Source of the DNA: Octopus bimaculoides
Taxonomy: Eukaryota
Length of the DNA: 64,000 nucleotides
Assembly: GCF_001194135.2 (NCBI RefSeq)
Contig: NC_068995.1
Coordinates: 33,218,141-33,282,140 of the forward strand
Direction of reading: 5' to 3'
Shown: positions 13,341-27,409 of the stretch, in pieces
How positions within the stretch are numbered: position 1 is the stretch's first letter
Layout of the letters: every line of letters starts with the position of its first letter
Program-made: the position numbers and the translations under genes
Notes under the pieces: generated by a model
Database searches by the model: none
Told to the model about the DNA's origin: nothing
The model's input: only the letters and a program-made list of their open reading frames with translations

Positions 13341-13869
13341 GTGATCCACAATTAAATGCAATCCGATCATGAACATCTCTTTTCAGTGCCAAGTTTCTCT
13401 ATATTCTGAGATCAAATCTCACAGGAACTGTCTTTGTTTTTTCATCTTTCTAGTGACACATGTACTGGTGGTAATGAAATCAACTAAACCACACTCGATA
13501 ATATATAAAACCACTTCAAATTTGTAAATAAATTATCATATTGCTAACAGGGAAATAAATTATTAATTAGCTATTAACACAATTTCATATAAATTTATAA
13601 ATGCCAATGACATATACACGTATTAGCATTTAGTGTTAATCTCACTTTATATTTTGCTAATAACTGAAGTTAAGCTGAACTAACAACAGTCACCTTGTGC
13701 AAGTGGATGAAAAGCAATGAGAAAGTAAGAGGTGAGGTTAATACTTTCAATACACGAGTTTAGCAGTCAGCCACTAATACATACCTCTACTAGAGAGTGC
13801 TTCTTTGACTTGATTTGCTTTTATTTGTCCTGATTACAGTAAGAGCCTGTTTATGTGTAGTGTAGTGAT

Positions 13870-14250
13870 TTTTATTTTAGATGAGAAATGAAATATTGAA
13901 GGCCAATCTCAGAAATGCTGAGCTTTATGAGGGAGATGAAAGGACTGAGGTATGCGACACATTACTGTACTCAAGAAGACCTACTCACCACAGAATTGAG
14001 ATCCTAAAACCAAGATGCCATGTAAAAAGCATTTTTGCAGGTGCTGGTGCCACTTAGAAACACTGGTGCCAGTGCCTTGTAAAAAGTATTGGTGATGGAG
14101 CCAAGTACACTCTGTAAGCACCCAGTACACTCTGTCAAGTAATTGGCATTAGGAAGAGCATCCAGCTGTAAAAACCAAACCAAAACAGACAATTGGAAAC
14201 TTGTGTGGCCCCTGGCCTTGCCAGTTCCTGTCAAGCTGTCCAACTCACGC
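13870..14250 (+). mobile_element. 5'-truncated RTE-type LINE end with 3' UTR
   Basis: Decayed ORF tail (EILKANLRNAEL) followed by cattaggaagagcatccagctgtaaaaacc and tccaactcacgccag. Confidence 0.55.
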
Positions 14251-15350
14251 CAGTACAAATCTACTCAGCCTCAGGCTTTAATCAGTCTGAGGCTATAGTG
14301 GAAGACACTCGCCCAAGGTGTCACACAACAGGACTGAACCTGGAACCATGTGATTGGGAAGCACTTCTCACCATACAGCTGTGCCTGCACCTACTCTTAC
14401 ACACACACACACAATGGGCTTCTTTCAGTTTCCACCAGCCAAATCCACGCACAAAGCTTTGGTTGGCCTGAGGCTGTAGTAGAAGACACTTGCCCAAGGT
14501 GCCATGCAGTGGGACTGAATCCAGAACCATGTGGTTGAGAAGCAAACTTGTTACCACACAGCCACTTCTGCACCAGTTAGGATACTTTTCACAGCAAGGT
14601 GAAAAATCTGCATGAGATTTAAGAATCTGGGCCATGGCCATTGTCTTACTGTGAACTCTCAACTTGTTGACAGGAGTTATTGGGATGTTGTCATGATACA
14701 CAACATTTGTTGGGTATTTTTAAACCTGACAGAGCCTTTCCCTCTCCATGTCTGACCACAATTGATTTCTTTATTCCTTTCAGAATTGAGGAAGACACAG
14801 AAAGAGTGGGAAAAAGAGTTTCAACCCCTGTATGTAACTGGTACTTTATTTATCAATCTCTAAATGATGAAAAGCAAAGTTGACAATGGCAGGATTAAAT
14901 ACATAGAGCACAAAGGTCCAATACAAATACTGCAAAACAATATATTCATAGCTCATGTTACTCAATTACTTATCCCCACCACCACTACCACTTATTATGT
15001 ACAACTGGAATATGAACCATTGATTGTGTTGACTGATAATCTGTTTTACTATCACCACCTACAATTCTCATTAAAAGTATACTTGAAATTAAAGGGACCA
15101 ACTTCCAACTCCCTTCCCTCACAGATTCTTCTAAGAAAATCCAATTAGATTGTTGAAAAACCTAATTTTGAGAAATTGTTGTCCAGTTTGGAGCAGATTG
15201 ATTACTGTAGTATTTAATTAGCAATTAGATGAGTCTCAACAACCATCCCTCTTCATATTACTAATCAGGTCGGCTTCTGCTGCTGCCGCCTTATCATCTG
15301 TGATAACATTGCTGCTTTTTTGGTAGCTTTAAATGTGTCTGTGTGTGTGC

Positions 15351-15396
<46 letters not shown>

Positions 15397-18038
15397 ACAT
15401 CCATGTGTGTTTTTATGTATGTGTTAGTATGTATACAATATCATCAATATTTATATATGTCTACGCATGTGAAAGCACGTGTTCTTATGAGCGTATGGGA
15501 ATACATGTTTGGGCATATGCATATGTGTATGTGTGCATGCATATAAGAACATGTATGGTATACATGACATTACATGTTCATCATAAGCACGTGTGTCAAT
15601 CTTAAGTGTATACATATGTATGCGTGTGCATATATATATTTGTGTTAGTTCTTTAGTTCCTTATAGTAAAGTAAGTATTGACACACTTGATGTTATAGAG
15701 AACTGTGATGTCTTCAGATGATTCCTTTAACCCCTTAGTTACCATATTTCTGTTTAATACAATGCCTTTGTTCCAATTAATATTCCTTTCTACTATAGGC
15801 ACAATGCCTGAAATTTTTGTGGAAGGGGTTAAGTTGATTACATCAACCCCAAGTGGATTTAAGACAAAGTTGATCTTGGCAGAATTTGAATGAAGAATGC
15901 AAAGATGGACGAAATGTTGCTAAGCATTTTGCTTGGTGTGCTAAGGATTCTGATAGCTCGCCACCTTTTTGTTCCTCTTGATATTGAAATAGTGGCTAAT
16001 TTAGTAAAATAGCTTTGTTAATATTAAGGTGGTCTTTGAAACATAAATTAGCATGAAATTTTGTTGAATAGTTTGAATCTAAATCACTAAAATAGGAAGT
16101 TTGTATTACAGAACCAGGGACAGGCACAGACATGTTAGTATCAAAATGATAACAATCATTATTCAAATGGCTAATTCTGACCAGAAAAGGTAGGAGACAA
16201 TTATAATTAATTGATTTTAATTGATTTTAATTGATTAAAATTCATTAAAATATGGAATATAGTAGGAAGTGTGTGTGACATTTTACAGTCCTGTGACAAC
16301 TCCAGACATGTTTGTGTTGTGAGATGTTTTAATTATGACTCAGAGCTTAAAATAATTCCATTAGTGATTCTCAACATTTTGATTTGTTACACAACAGACA
16401 TGAAAAGACAATTAATGCCACTTTTGGCAGAGAAAGCTAAAAATTGTTGCTGCACTTTGAATGGTAATTAAAAAAACTAAAACCTGTTTTAAAGTTAGGA
16501 ATATAGAACAAATAGATTAACTACCCCTTATCTAATTTCATTAAACCTATTTGTGTATAACAAAACTACGAGCAATATGTTTTATGAGAGGCTTGTGCAT
16601 TACTATAAATTTTTTTTAAAGCCTTAAATTATATTTTTAAAAATTTGCAATGTATGTAGAAACCATTTGTGATGTGATGCACCAGTGCACTGCTGTATCA
16701 TAAATTGGGAGCCACTGGACTAGAGAGAGTCAGGCTTTTTGTTTCATGAAAAAATACAGGGTAACATAAAAAGAATGACATGAGTAAATTATCCAGGTGT
16801 GCTTACAAGAAAGCTTACCTCATGTGTGCTAGTACCCATTTGACTTATTAAGTCTGCATGCAGTAGACATCTCACTTGTTATTTTACCCCGTCATTCCTT
16901 AAGTTGTCACACTCTTCAATCATCATCATCATCATCATGGTCATCATCAACATTGTCATCATCATCATTATCGTCGTCATCATCTTCATCATTATCATCA
17001 TCTTTTAACATCCTTTTACATGCTAGCATAGGTTGGACGTTTTGACCAGAGCTGGCAAACAAGAGAGCTACATCAGGTTCCAGTCTGATTTAGTTTAGTT
17101 TCTACAGATTGCCCTTCCTAATGCCAACCACTTTACAGTATGTGCTTGGTGCTTTTAATGTTTTCATCTGGTACAAGCACAATTGCTTTTTACATAACAC
17201 TGGTGCAGGGCTCTTGCAGACCAGTTAATCATTGACAAAACCTATAGCAATCTGGATATTTTCCAAACTTGCTGTTATAGTTAGACTATGTTTAGCTTCA
17301 ATGGTATCGCTTTACACCTCCCCTCAAAAACGTTGGTCTTGTGCCTAAATTAGAAGGCATGTAAATTAGTAGTTATTATATATGCAAATGAAGTGATGTG
17401 ATCCCAATCCAACATTGAAACATCACATTCTCAGCTTGATGGAAACTTATCTCTAACTTACCACCATCAAGGTTTCAACACCATCATTTAAATTATGGGT
17501 TTGTAATACTTTCAGCTACCACCAATCAAGCTAACAAAAAAACTTCTATGTAGGTGTTCAACATGTTAGAAAGAGCCACTAAATCTCCCTCAAAAAGGAA
17601 TGCAATAACTTGGAAAATAATGTTATTTTATGTATTCTATGCCTGAAAAGAGATGGGATAGTCATGAGCTTTTATCATATACTTGTTTAATCAGGCTGAC
17701 CTGGGGTTAAACAACCACAACACTAGCAAAATTAACTAAAGATAACAGCAAATTTAAGGTTTTACTCCAATTTACAAAATACCTCTTATGTCTTTCACAT
17801 GAACTTTGAAGAAATACTAAATCAACAAATTTGTAGCCTTGTGTCTATATAATAAAATTGCTATTTTTGTGAAAGCAAAAGAAACTTTGCATTAGAAGAG
17901 TGATATGCTTTGTAAAATTTGCAGCGATAGCCATTCTTTCTTTTGTGGGTTGTGCACAACAACATTATCTAAGATGGTTGGATGGGATTTGAAGCAGATT
18001 TGGCTACTATTTCTTGCAAGTCAAGTAATCACCTAGAT

Positions 18039-18295
18039 CAATGGTTCTCAACCCCTTTTTTTTCCATGGACCCTTTTGATTCCTATTTTACTCTACTAGA
18101 CCTCCATAACCATTTGCCATGTATTAAAAAAAAATTCTACAGTAATTTTATAATTAAATGTCATTAGGAATTGTATAAAAGAAATTAAAATATTTTGTGT
18201 ATTGTAGAAGTATAACCAATTTATTGCACATAAAACTTTAATAAAATCTCATATAGACTCACAAGGACCATATGGACCCTGGATGAGAACCACTG
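18039..18295. mobile_element. hAT-type MITE (257 bp)
   Basis: TIRs CAATGGTTCTCAACC / GGATGAGAACCACTG; 8-bp TSD ACCTAGAT / ACCTAGAG. Confidence 0.8.
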
Positions 18296-20197
18296 ACCTA
18301 GAGGTTCCTGTTAATGCATATTTCTAATAGATATTTCTACATATGTATATAGCAGCAATGGTTTTGTTTGTACATCAGGTTATCAATGTAGTGATAAGAT
18401 ATAGCCATCTACCAAATGTAGTGTGTAGATGTAATGCTTGTATGTAATGCTCTTTGGTGTGAGGTTCTCACAACAGAGATACCAATGAAGAATAACATTC
18501 AAAAGGAAGGAATATTATTTACATCTTTTATTTGCCCAGCAAGTGGTTAGTAGTTAGTAAGACAGTAGTAACTGTACATAGTTAGGATGACAAATGGTTC
18601 ATTCTGTAGTGTGGAAGCTTCATTCTGCTGGTAGAGAGAGAAAGAGTAGGGAATGCACAGTACTGACAAAACAAGAAGAAAGGATAAAGGTGGCATCTCC
18701 CCTTTTTGATTTCAACCAAACTGTTCTTCATATGGCGAATGAAGGGTGAAGAGAAGTGTTGCTCCTGGTCATGGCTGACACAAAAGAGAGCAAGAAAGGA
18801 AATGGTCTCTGTTATATAGACTATGCTAGGATGTAGGTTAAATTCTAAACAAAGGGCTGACCTTTAAGTGACCACGAAAATGTCTTAGGTCACATGTTTG
18901 CTATCTTAAGCTAGACAACCAAAAAAGGATCTTCTGCATGTACTTCTAATATAACTTTCTTCTTTCCTCCTGCCACATGTCTTGTACTCTGCCTTTTATC
19001 TCAATATTCCTCCTCATCCTCATCATCATTTACATCTATCCTCCAAGCTGGTATTACATAAAATAAGATGCATTCAACACCATAAAACAGCAAGTCTAAC
19101 TCTCAGCAGTCTCATACTTTCCAATTTCTCTAGCAGATTTGATATTTTCACAGAATGATATTTGATTCTTTAAAGACAGTGAAAATAACCGAAACCATAC
19201 AGTGCTTGACTGAATGTATTATGAACCATGAGCACAATTACTAGATCTGCTAGAAATGGCAGTTAGATTTCTTTCGCATCAAACCTCACCACCTTACAAA
19301 AAGAGGGACTCAACTGATAATGTAATTCTGGGTTCAGTCATGCTGGATAAAAGATGGGATAGCCAGGAACACAATTCTTTTGATCATATCTTGGAAGGCA
19401 ACAAGAATCACTAAATATCACAGTATTTTTTATTTTGTTCAATTTAAGTTCTGTGTTTAAAATGTTGCAAAGGTTGACTTCATTGATATAATGGGACCAG
19501 TAATATGTGGTAATCAATTTAAGGCAGCGAGCTGGCAGAATTGTTAGCACACCAGGTAACATGCTTAGCAACATTTTGTTCATCATTATGTTCTGAGTTC
19601 AAATTCTGCCAAGGTCAACATAGCCTTTAATCCTTTCAGGGTTGATGAAATAAATACCAGTTGTTCACAGGGGTCAATGTAATCAACTTACCTCCTCCCC
19701 CAAAATTGCTGGCCTTGTGCAAACATGCTGGAATTAATTCAATGGGTTATAACCCTGCCCCCCCCCCTCACACACACACACACTCTCTCCATAGTCAATT
19801 TATTGCAAGAGTTTCAAACATGATAAGCAGAAATAAAATTATTATACATGCTAGATGCAGAAAGAAACTTGACAAATACAACTTTTTATATTTTTTTCCC
19901 CTAAAATCATTAATCGACACTGAAATGTTTTCTCACATTCTGGTAACCAGGAAATGATAGATCATCTGATGTCATAAAGTCATATTTCTGCACACACACA
20001 CACACACACATACATGATATAAGTATCCTTCCTCATCAATATTTGCTACTGTCATATGACTACAGCCATAAATATAACTGACAGTATTATTGCAAGATGA
20101 AATTCATGTATTAGACCAGTGTTTTAGCTGAGTTATAAGCATTAGTCCTGGACCTAAGCATGTAATCAATACTTGTATGTTTAATATATAAGTAAGG

Positions 20198-20418
20198 CAC
20201 GGCAGTGAGCTGGCAGTTAGCACACCGGGCGAAATGCTTAGCAGTATTTCATCTGTCTTTACATACTGAGTTCAAATTCCACTGAGATCGATTTTGCCTT
20301 TCATCCTTTCGGGGTCGATAAATTAAGTACCAGTTGCATACTGGGGTCGGTCTAATCGACCAGCCCTCTCCCCCAAAATTTCAGGCCTTGGTCCTAGAGT
20401 AGAAAAAAAAAAAATAAG
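20198..20418 (+). mobile_element. SINE family A, young copy with poly(A) tail and 15-bp TSD
   Basis: TSD AATATATAAGTAAGG at 20183-20197 and 20419-20433; CpGs retained. Family also at 985-1128, 15785-15966 (-), 19521-19735, 30293-30500, 33945-34150 (-), 34270-34482 (-), 39155-39302, 44590-44785, 45572-45788 (-), 47062-47432 (two in tandem), 53330-53942 (-, three), 61375-61560. Confidence 0.9.
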
Positions 20419-20919
20419 AATATATAAGTAAGGTATAGTGAATATTCAAGGGAATCAGAAGACGGCATTGTAACATGTAGATTAAGGAATTGGTTTATTG
20501 ACTTTGAAGTCATGCATGTTTTACGATGGGTCACCAATTTTTACTTATGAATCATGTATATCATTGTACAATATTGTTATGTGTTTGAAGAGTATAATCA
20601 ATAAGAGAAGCTATCTCTAAAATAAACATTGAGATTTTATTCCTTCATAAAGTTTATGCAGCAGTCAGGACAAAATTAAATATTAACAAGTTCTGTTGGG
20701 TTGTCGTTTCTCCATTACCATGGTAATTAAGCTTAGACCATCAATGGTTATATGACTCTGCTATGTATCGATTCTCCTGTGGAAAGTTGAATCCTGCAGC
20801 TCACCTCAATGAAAGCTGTCACCCCCTCTAACTTGTAAAAGGTTTGTTGAACCACTTTATGGAGAAAAAGAGGCTCCAGGACTCATACAGAACTGTCGCT
20901 TAAAATATGTTACACACAA

Positions 20920-21022
20920 CGTGATTGGACTTTCAATCCAATTCCCATGCAACACTTAACTAATCGCAACACGGGGTTCAATAATTGGCCCAAAACTCAT
21001 GATGGATATTTTAGCCAATCAC
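20920..21022. promoter_or_regulatory. CCAAT-box cluster, possible promoter
   Basis: ATTGG at 20924 and 20984, CCAAT at 20938 and 21015, in unique sequence with several CpGs; minus-strand donor GAG|gtgagc at 20805/20804. Confidence 0.3.
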
Positions 21023-21439
21023 AACAAATTATTGTGGTGAGCTGATTATTAAATGCTCACTACATATATAAGCAAAACTCAATACTCTTTTTATGCAACA
21101 ATACAATTTGCTTTTGCTAAACACTCAAAACTTGATGTAGACGATATTTTGTTGTTGTTGCTGTTGTTGGTCAAAATATCTTTCTCTGCTAATATAGACT
21201 TATGGCATAAAGTTGAGATTGGCAACAGGTAGGCCACTAAGGTGTTTTTTGTGGGCCTCAGAACTTTTCTGAAAATTTTTGAAAATTTAATGCACTTGTT
21301 GGCTATTGAATAACTGATGGCTTTTAGACAGTCTTTTGTGTCATGATATCTTTTCATGTTTTAATCTCTCACTTGTTTCAGTCACTAGAAATGGAACCAT
21401 ACTGGGGCACCACCTTGAAGAAGTGTAGTCGGAACAGCC

Positions 21440-21900
21440 TATTGCAGAGACGAGCGAAGTTGAACGGCATCAAATGCATGATCCTCGTGGGGCATGTTAT
21501 CAGGATGCTGGAAAACTGTATACCCAAGATTATCCTTTTTGAGGATTTAGCAGAGGGTAATCGACCACACGGAGGTCCATAGAAGCGATATAAAGATCAT
21601 CTCAAGAAATCCCTGAAGCTCCGCAACATTCCCCCCTAGTGAATTTGAAGCACTGGTTACAGACCATACTACCTGGAGGTGTATGGTCAAAACTGGTACA
21701 CAGCATTTTGAGGATGAGCAGACAAGACTTCGCTAAGAAAAGCAGAGACAGCTCAAGGAACGTAAGCAAAATCCTAGACAAGCTCATCTTCGTCAGAGCC
21801 CTCTTCGCTGCTCTCAGTGTAATCAGACATGTGCCTCCAGAATCAGCCTTTTCAGCCGCGAGAGGGCCTGCTAACGCCATCAAGACAACTCTTAAGTATC
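21440..21900 (+). mobile_element. RTE (BovB-like) LINE ORF C-terminal remnant
   Basis: GHVIRMLENCIPKIILFEDLAEGNRPHGGP*KRYKDHLKKSL and terminal CSQCNQTCASRISLFS zinc-knuckle-like motif. Confidence 0.75.
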
Positions 21901-22390
21901 AAAGACGATGTCGTCATCTGTCAAGATGGACTCCTTAGCAGTCAAATGAATCAATCCCAGTACTTATTTTTTTAAGCCTGGTCCTTATTCTATCAGCTTC
22001 TTTTGCTGAACTGCTAAGTTACAGGAATGTAAACACACCAACACCAGTTGTCAAATAGTGGTGGGGGACAAACACACACACACACACATACTATATATAT
22101 ATATATATATAGTATTCTCTACTGCCCTGTTTTTGTTCCCAACTTTGACCCTCCATAATTCCAAAATCTTGTAATTTATAGGAGCAACTGTCTTCGAAGA
22201 CTCATATTGTCATTGAATGCTTGAAAGGAGGAGTAGTTAGACAGCTGACAATTGATGAAGGGTCGTTCTCTGTTACTTCCATTTTTTTCTCTCATTGCTT
22301 GCATATTTAACTCATTTGTTTTCATACTTTATGTTTTTTACACAGTTGGTGACATCCTGTACCATATATGCATATATATATATATATATT

Positions 22391-23120
22391 AGTAGCAGGG
22401 GAGGGTGTGCTGAAAGTGTAGCTGCTAGAATAAGAAAAGACTGGGCAAAATTCAGAGAGCTCTTACCTGTGCTGGTGACAAAGGGCCTCTCACTCAGAGT
22501 AAAAGGCAGACTGTATGACGCATGTGTACGAACAGCCATGCTACATGGCAGTGAAACATGGGCCGTGACTACTGAGGACGTGTGTAAGCTCACAAGGAAA
22601 GAAGCCACTATGCTCCGATTGATGTGTAATGTCAATGTGCATACTCGACAGAGTGTAAGTACCTTGAGAGAAAAGTTGGACCTAAGAAGCGTCAGTTGTG
22701 GTGTGCAAGAGAGATGATTGTGCTGGTATGGACATGTGGTGAGAATGGATGAGGATAGCTGTGTGAAAAAGTGTCACACCCTAGCGGTTGAGGGAACCTG
22801 TGGAAGAGATAGACCCAGGAAGACCTGGGATGATGTAGTGAAGCACAAACTTTGAACATTAGGCCTCACCGAGGCAATGACTTCTGACCGAGACCTTTGG
22901 AAATATGCAGTGCGCGAGAAGACCCGACAAGCCAAGTGAGACTATAATTCGAGGCCAGGGGTGTAGCCAGTCCACTTATGCATCCTTTCCTTCATTGGAC
23001 ACTAAACTCTGCTTGCGAAGACCTGTTTAGGCAAATGAAATCAAAATCAAACCAAATTCGACGATTGGCACCCATGCCAACCTCTCCTTCATTGGACAGC
23101 TTGCGAAGACCTGCTGGGGC
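22391..23120 (+). mobile_element. RTE-type LINE, RT C-terminal region and start of 3' UTR
   Basis: ORF 22295-22717 RVKGRLYDACVRTAMLHGSETW...LREKL, continuing WYGHVVRMDEDSCVKKC...RPRKTW past one stop. Confidence 0.85.
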
Positions 23121-23716
23121 AAGTTTTGAATGTTTTGAATATGCAAATAAAGCTCCTATTCCATTATGCCAGCCACCATCTCATGATGCTGACTAGTGAG
23201 CCAGTTTTTTGGGGTTGCATCAAGTTACACCAATATAATGTAGGATAAATAATAATAACAATAATCCTAGGATGGAATTTATAAATATTTAATGCATCAC
23301 TACCTGCGTTTCCACAAATCACATGACTTTTAAGATCACAGTCCTGGGATGATTAGAGTGTAGTCTGTAGTATCCATGGACATCCGGTTGATCATCAAAA
23401 TTGATCATTTTTTCTGACGATATAACATTAGTGGATGAACCACAGAGGGATGCTTTTCTCTTTTTTACCAGTCTGAAGGTCAAGTGAGATATGTGGGTAT
23501 TTGTGTGTGCATTTGGTGGGGAGGAGTGGAAGGTGATGGGAATATAAGATATATATATATCTTACTAATGTGTGCTTTTTAAATTTTCTTGCAATTTATA
23601 AATAGCTTTGTTGGTTACAAGTTTTTTTATGTCGATTGATTTTACAGTATGTAATATTTTGCTAACATAAATTACTGTAAGATACTCACACATGCACACA
23701 CACACACACATACACA

Positions 23717-23747
<31 letters not shown>

Positions 23748-24759
23748 NNNNNNNNNNACACACACACACACACACACACACACACAAGCACACACACACA
23801 CACACATACATGTATGGACACACATACTCATGCATTCACATATGCACAATATGCAAATACACACACATATTCACACAAATATATATGTATATATACGCAC
23901 ATATATATACATACATGAAGAATCTATGTGTGTGTATGTGGGTAAATGTGTGAGTGAATGAGAGTGTGTAAGTGAATGAAAGTGTGTTGTGGTGGTGGTG
24001 GGGCAGGGGGTTAAATACTAATCTCAAGTGAAAGTGTTCAATAACTAATCAGTTCATAGAAATGATTTCTCTTCAGATCTATTTTGAAAACAGATTGTTT
24101 CTTGTTTGAAACTAAAGATTGTCATCTTCTTGATTAATTACAATATGATTAATTAGTTAACCTGAAGTAACATAACAAATCAGATATTCTTTTACTCTTT
24201 TACTGAACCGCTAAGTTACGGGGACGGTTGTCAAGTAATGGTGGGGGGACAAACACAGACACACAAACATATACACACATACATATATATATATATATAT
24301 ACATATATACGACAGGGTTCTTTCAGTTTCCATCTACCAAATCCACTCACAAGGCTTTGGTCGGCCCGATGCTATAGTAGAAGACACTTGCCCAAGGTGC
24401 CACGCAGTGGGAATGAACCCAGAACCATGTGGTTGGTAGGCAAGCTACTTACCACGCAGCCACTCTTGACAACCCAGCCAACTTCTGTACAAAATATATT
24501 CCAATTTCTTCATTTCATTTAATTCTATGAATGAACAATGATATTTTTAGTTAGCAACATATTTTTCACAGGATGAAAAATAAAGAAAAAAAATTAAAGT
24601 ATAAAAGATTAAATTATCAAGAAAAAAGAAAACAGGGATTATTTCAACAAGGAAAGAGAGAAAAAAATGTCAGGGAGGAATTAAGCTGCAAATGATGGTG
24701 GGGTTGGAGTAACAGATTGTACACCCCAGTCCAGATGGTGTGCCTTGTTGACATAATCA

Positions 24760-25721
24760 CCAAGGTGTTGCCAGCTCATTGTGCAGGGCTCATTTCTCAG
24801 ACAGACTGCTGTTATTCCAATTTTGTGGAGGAAATCAGCAGTGTTGAGTCTGAGAACACCTGAGGTCTCATTGGCAACTGGCACAAACAGATAGTGGCTG
24901 ATCAAGCTTGGGTGCTTGTTGATTTCCCCTTTTCTTCATTACAGGTGTAAGTTCCCAAGTTTGTGGACAATGCAGCAAGGTTGGAGATGGAGAACATGTT
25001 GCAGGAGTCTTGGTACTGTAAAACATGATTTAATAATGTGAAAGCTAGACTTTTGAATAATCAATCAATGTGTTGCAGGACATCGAATCCCAGATTAGGG
25101 ATTTACTTTTTTTGGATAGAATGAGAATTATTCCACCAGGGTGCTTACCATCCCTCTGGTCAAGACCAACTGGCTCTAGTTGTGATGGGAAGCTAGCTGT
25201 ATTGAGGTTTCCTCTGATGATGTCATTCAGAGCAATGTATCAAGGGAACCATCCCATACTATGGCTGTAGGATAATGGATGCAGGCCAATTTCATCAACT
25301 GCAGCTCAACAATGGAAACGAAAGGGTACCAGTTGATAAGAAAGGTAACAAATCAAGCCATGCACCACTGTTTGGCTGTGAAGCAGGATGGGATGCAGGT
25401 AAGGCAGTGCTGGTCTAAACATGTTTCAATCTGCTTGAAGGTATATTTGCATTTGATGATGTTCCACTTACATTGGACATCTGTATTTTAAGGGATAGCA
25501 AAGCCTTAAATGATCAAATTGGCCAGAGCTGACTCCAGTTCCCAGGCCACAATGGGTTCAGCCATCCTGCAGAGTACCTCACCAATGAGGGTGCAGCTAA
25601 AGGAGATTGAGGGAAGATAGGCCAGCAGTGCCAAGTCCAAAGCAAAATAGGGGCCTCTCATGACACTTTCATGGAAGTCTTTCCAGTGATCTATTTCATT
25701 GTACTGCAAAGGTAATTTCAA
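24760..25721 (-). mobile_element. CRE-clade-like non-LTR retrotransposon remnant (post-RT, CCHC and RLE)
   Basis: DLALLAYLPS...FHC*AAVDEIGLHPLS...ALNDIIRGNLNTASFPSQLEPVGLDQRDGKHPGG...LIWDS...HYLFVPVANETSGV; resembles the LEPxGLxRxDGKRPDG and FxPxAxETxG motifs of CRE endonucleases. Confidence 0.7.
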
Positions 25722-25889
25722 TCTTAAATATGTTACACCCCAGTTATTGTAATCAACCCCTTCTTATCTTGATATCCTAAATGTTTGATTCATTTATAGA
25801 TATATTCTTTTATTAATCTTTCAATTTTAGTGAATTAAAATTTCCTGTTCTTCTTCTTCTTCCCTTTTTCTGTAAATGAACATCCCAAA

Positions 25890-26560
25890 CATGGAACTGA
25901 GACACCTCATTCTAAATTTGCACTGATTCTATCATTAGAGACTTCAGAAACATTCTCCAGTGGGGTCAGACCAACCTTATCTCCTTCAGTATCATAGAAT
26001 CACAATCACTCCACAAATCAACAGAATATTCATATCCCACTCCAGTCCTCAACAACAAGCAACTAGAACTATTAAGATCATTACAAATGCTAAACCCCAA
26101 CATCATGGAAGATCTCTCCCAGCAATCTCACAACATCAGTGTCAAAGAATGGCCTTCCTCTTCACTTCTTACCCCTACCCAACATCTATTAACTCTATGC
26201 AAACTTCAAATGGGATCTCTTATCTGAGGCCATGTTGCAACTATACCTACAGACATACTGGAACAAAGCCCACAGACCTGCTGTATCTCCTCCCCCTGCC
26301 TTTTTTTTCCACTACTATAGTGGCTTCCACTCTTCACAGCTCTATTGGTCTGCAGCCATTTCCACTCAGGCACACCTCATTTACTCATCTCTTCTCTTAT
26401 TACTCCTATTGCACCCATACCTCATCTCCATTCCACCAAGCTACACTAACCACTTCACCTAATCCTTTCTCTCCTAGATGTCTCCCCATAGAATCCACTT
26501 CCAGTTCATATGTAGCCTGCAGTCATATTGTCATTTTCCAAGAACACTAACAATATCAAA
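25890..26560 (+). mobile_element. CR1/L2-group (jockey-like) LINE 3' remnant
   Basis: VRPTL, QQATRTIKII, RHTSFTHLFS resemble the post-RT C-terminus; similar tails at 8480-8800 (-) and 44130-44340 (-). Confidence 0.45.
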
Positions 26561-27358
26561 CTCAACAGTCTCAAAGAATTTATGAAGGCCATGAACACAG
26601 TAGCTCCTTCCCCAAGACCAAACCAATGAGAGGAAAAAACTTAAAAACGGGCAACTTTCTTCAAATTTACTAGTCCAGCATTTTTAAATATTTCACAAAG
26701 ATCAATTTTCACATGATTCTACAATATATTACAATGGCTGTCTGTAACTAGAATCCATGTTGTTTTGTGTTGGCAAGGTTGGGTTACCAAGACTTTACTC
26801 AGAGATTACTGTAAAAATCCGAATTATTGGAGCAAAATAACTATTTATATGTAATGTGTCAACAACAAATTGGTAAATGTCAACAATGTTGAATTCGTTG
26901 AGAGAAATAATAATAATAATAATAATAACAATAAACTGAATATATATTGTATTACTCGAATGTTAGAAATTGTTCATGCATTAACGTACAACTAAAGTAG
27001 AATGATAAGGAAGGAGTTTCAGTTGCAGTGTGTGTGATAAGGCTATTACAATGATGATGATGATGGTGATAAAGGTAATTGTTGTGGTAGTGGTGGTGGT
27101 GATGTGTGTCTATCTCGGATATGTATGTCCACACTAAACAAACATAAATCATGGCCATATGATATTATGATATTTCAGTTTACAGCACTTCATCAGCCTC
27201 ACTGATAGAATATCTTTGCTGTTTTAAATACTTGCTATTTTTTTTATCACATCCTTGTCTTATTTTAGTATCTACTTTGCTTCAATGGATTTGAAAAGCT
27301 GGTTGTGGAGCAATAATTGTATTGGAATGTTACCACAACACAGTCAGTGTAATATCAT

Positions 27359-27409
<51 letters not shown>

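Noticed and set aside
14782-14832. Exon-like segment after a strong acceptor (LRKTQKEWEKEFQP)
   Set aside because: It runs into a decayed minus-strand family A SINE that supplies the apparent donor.
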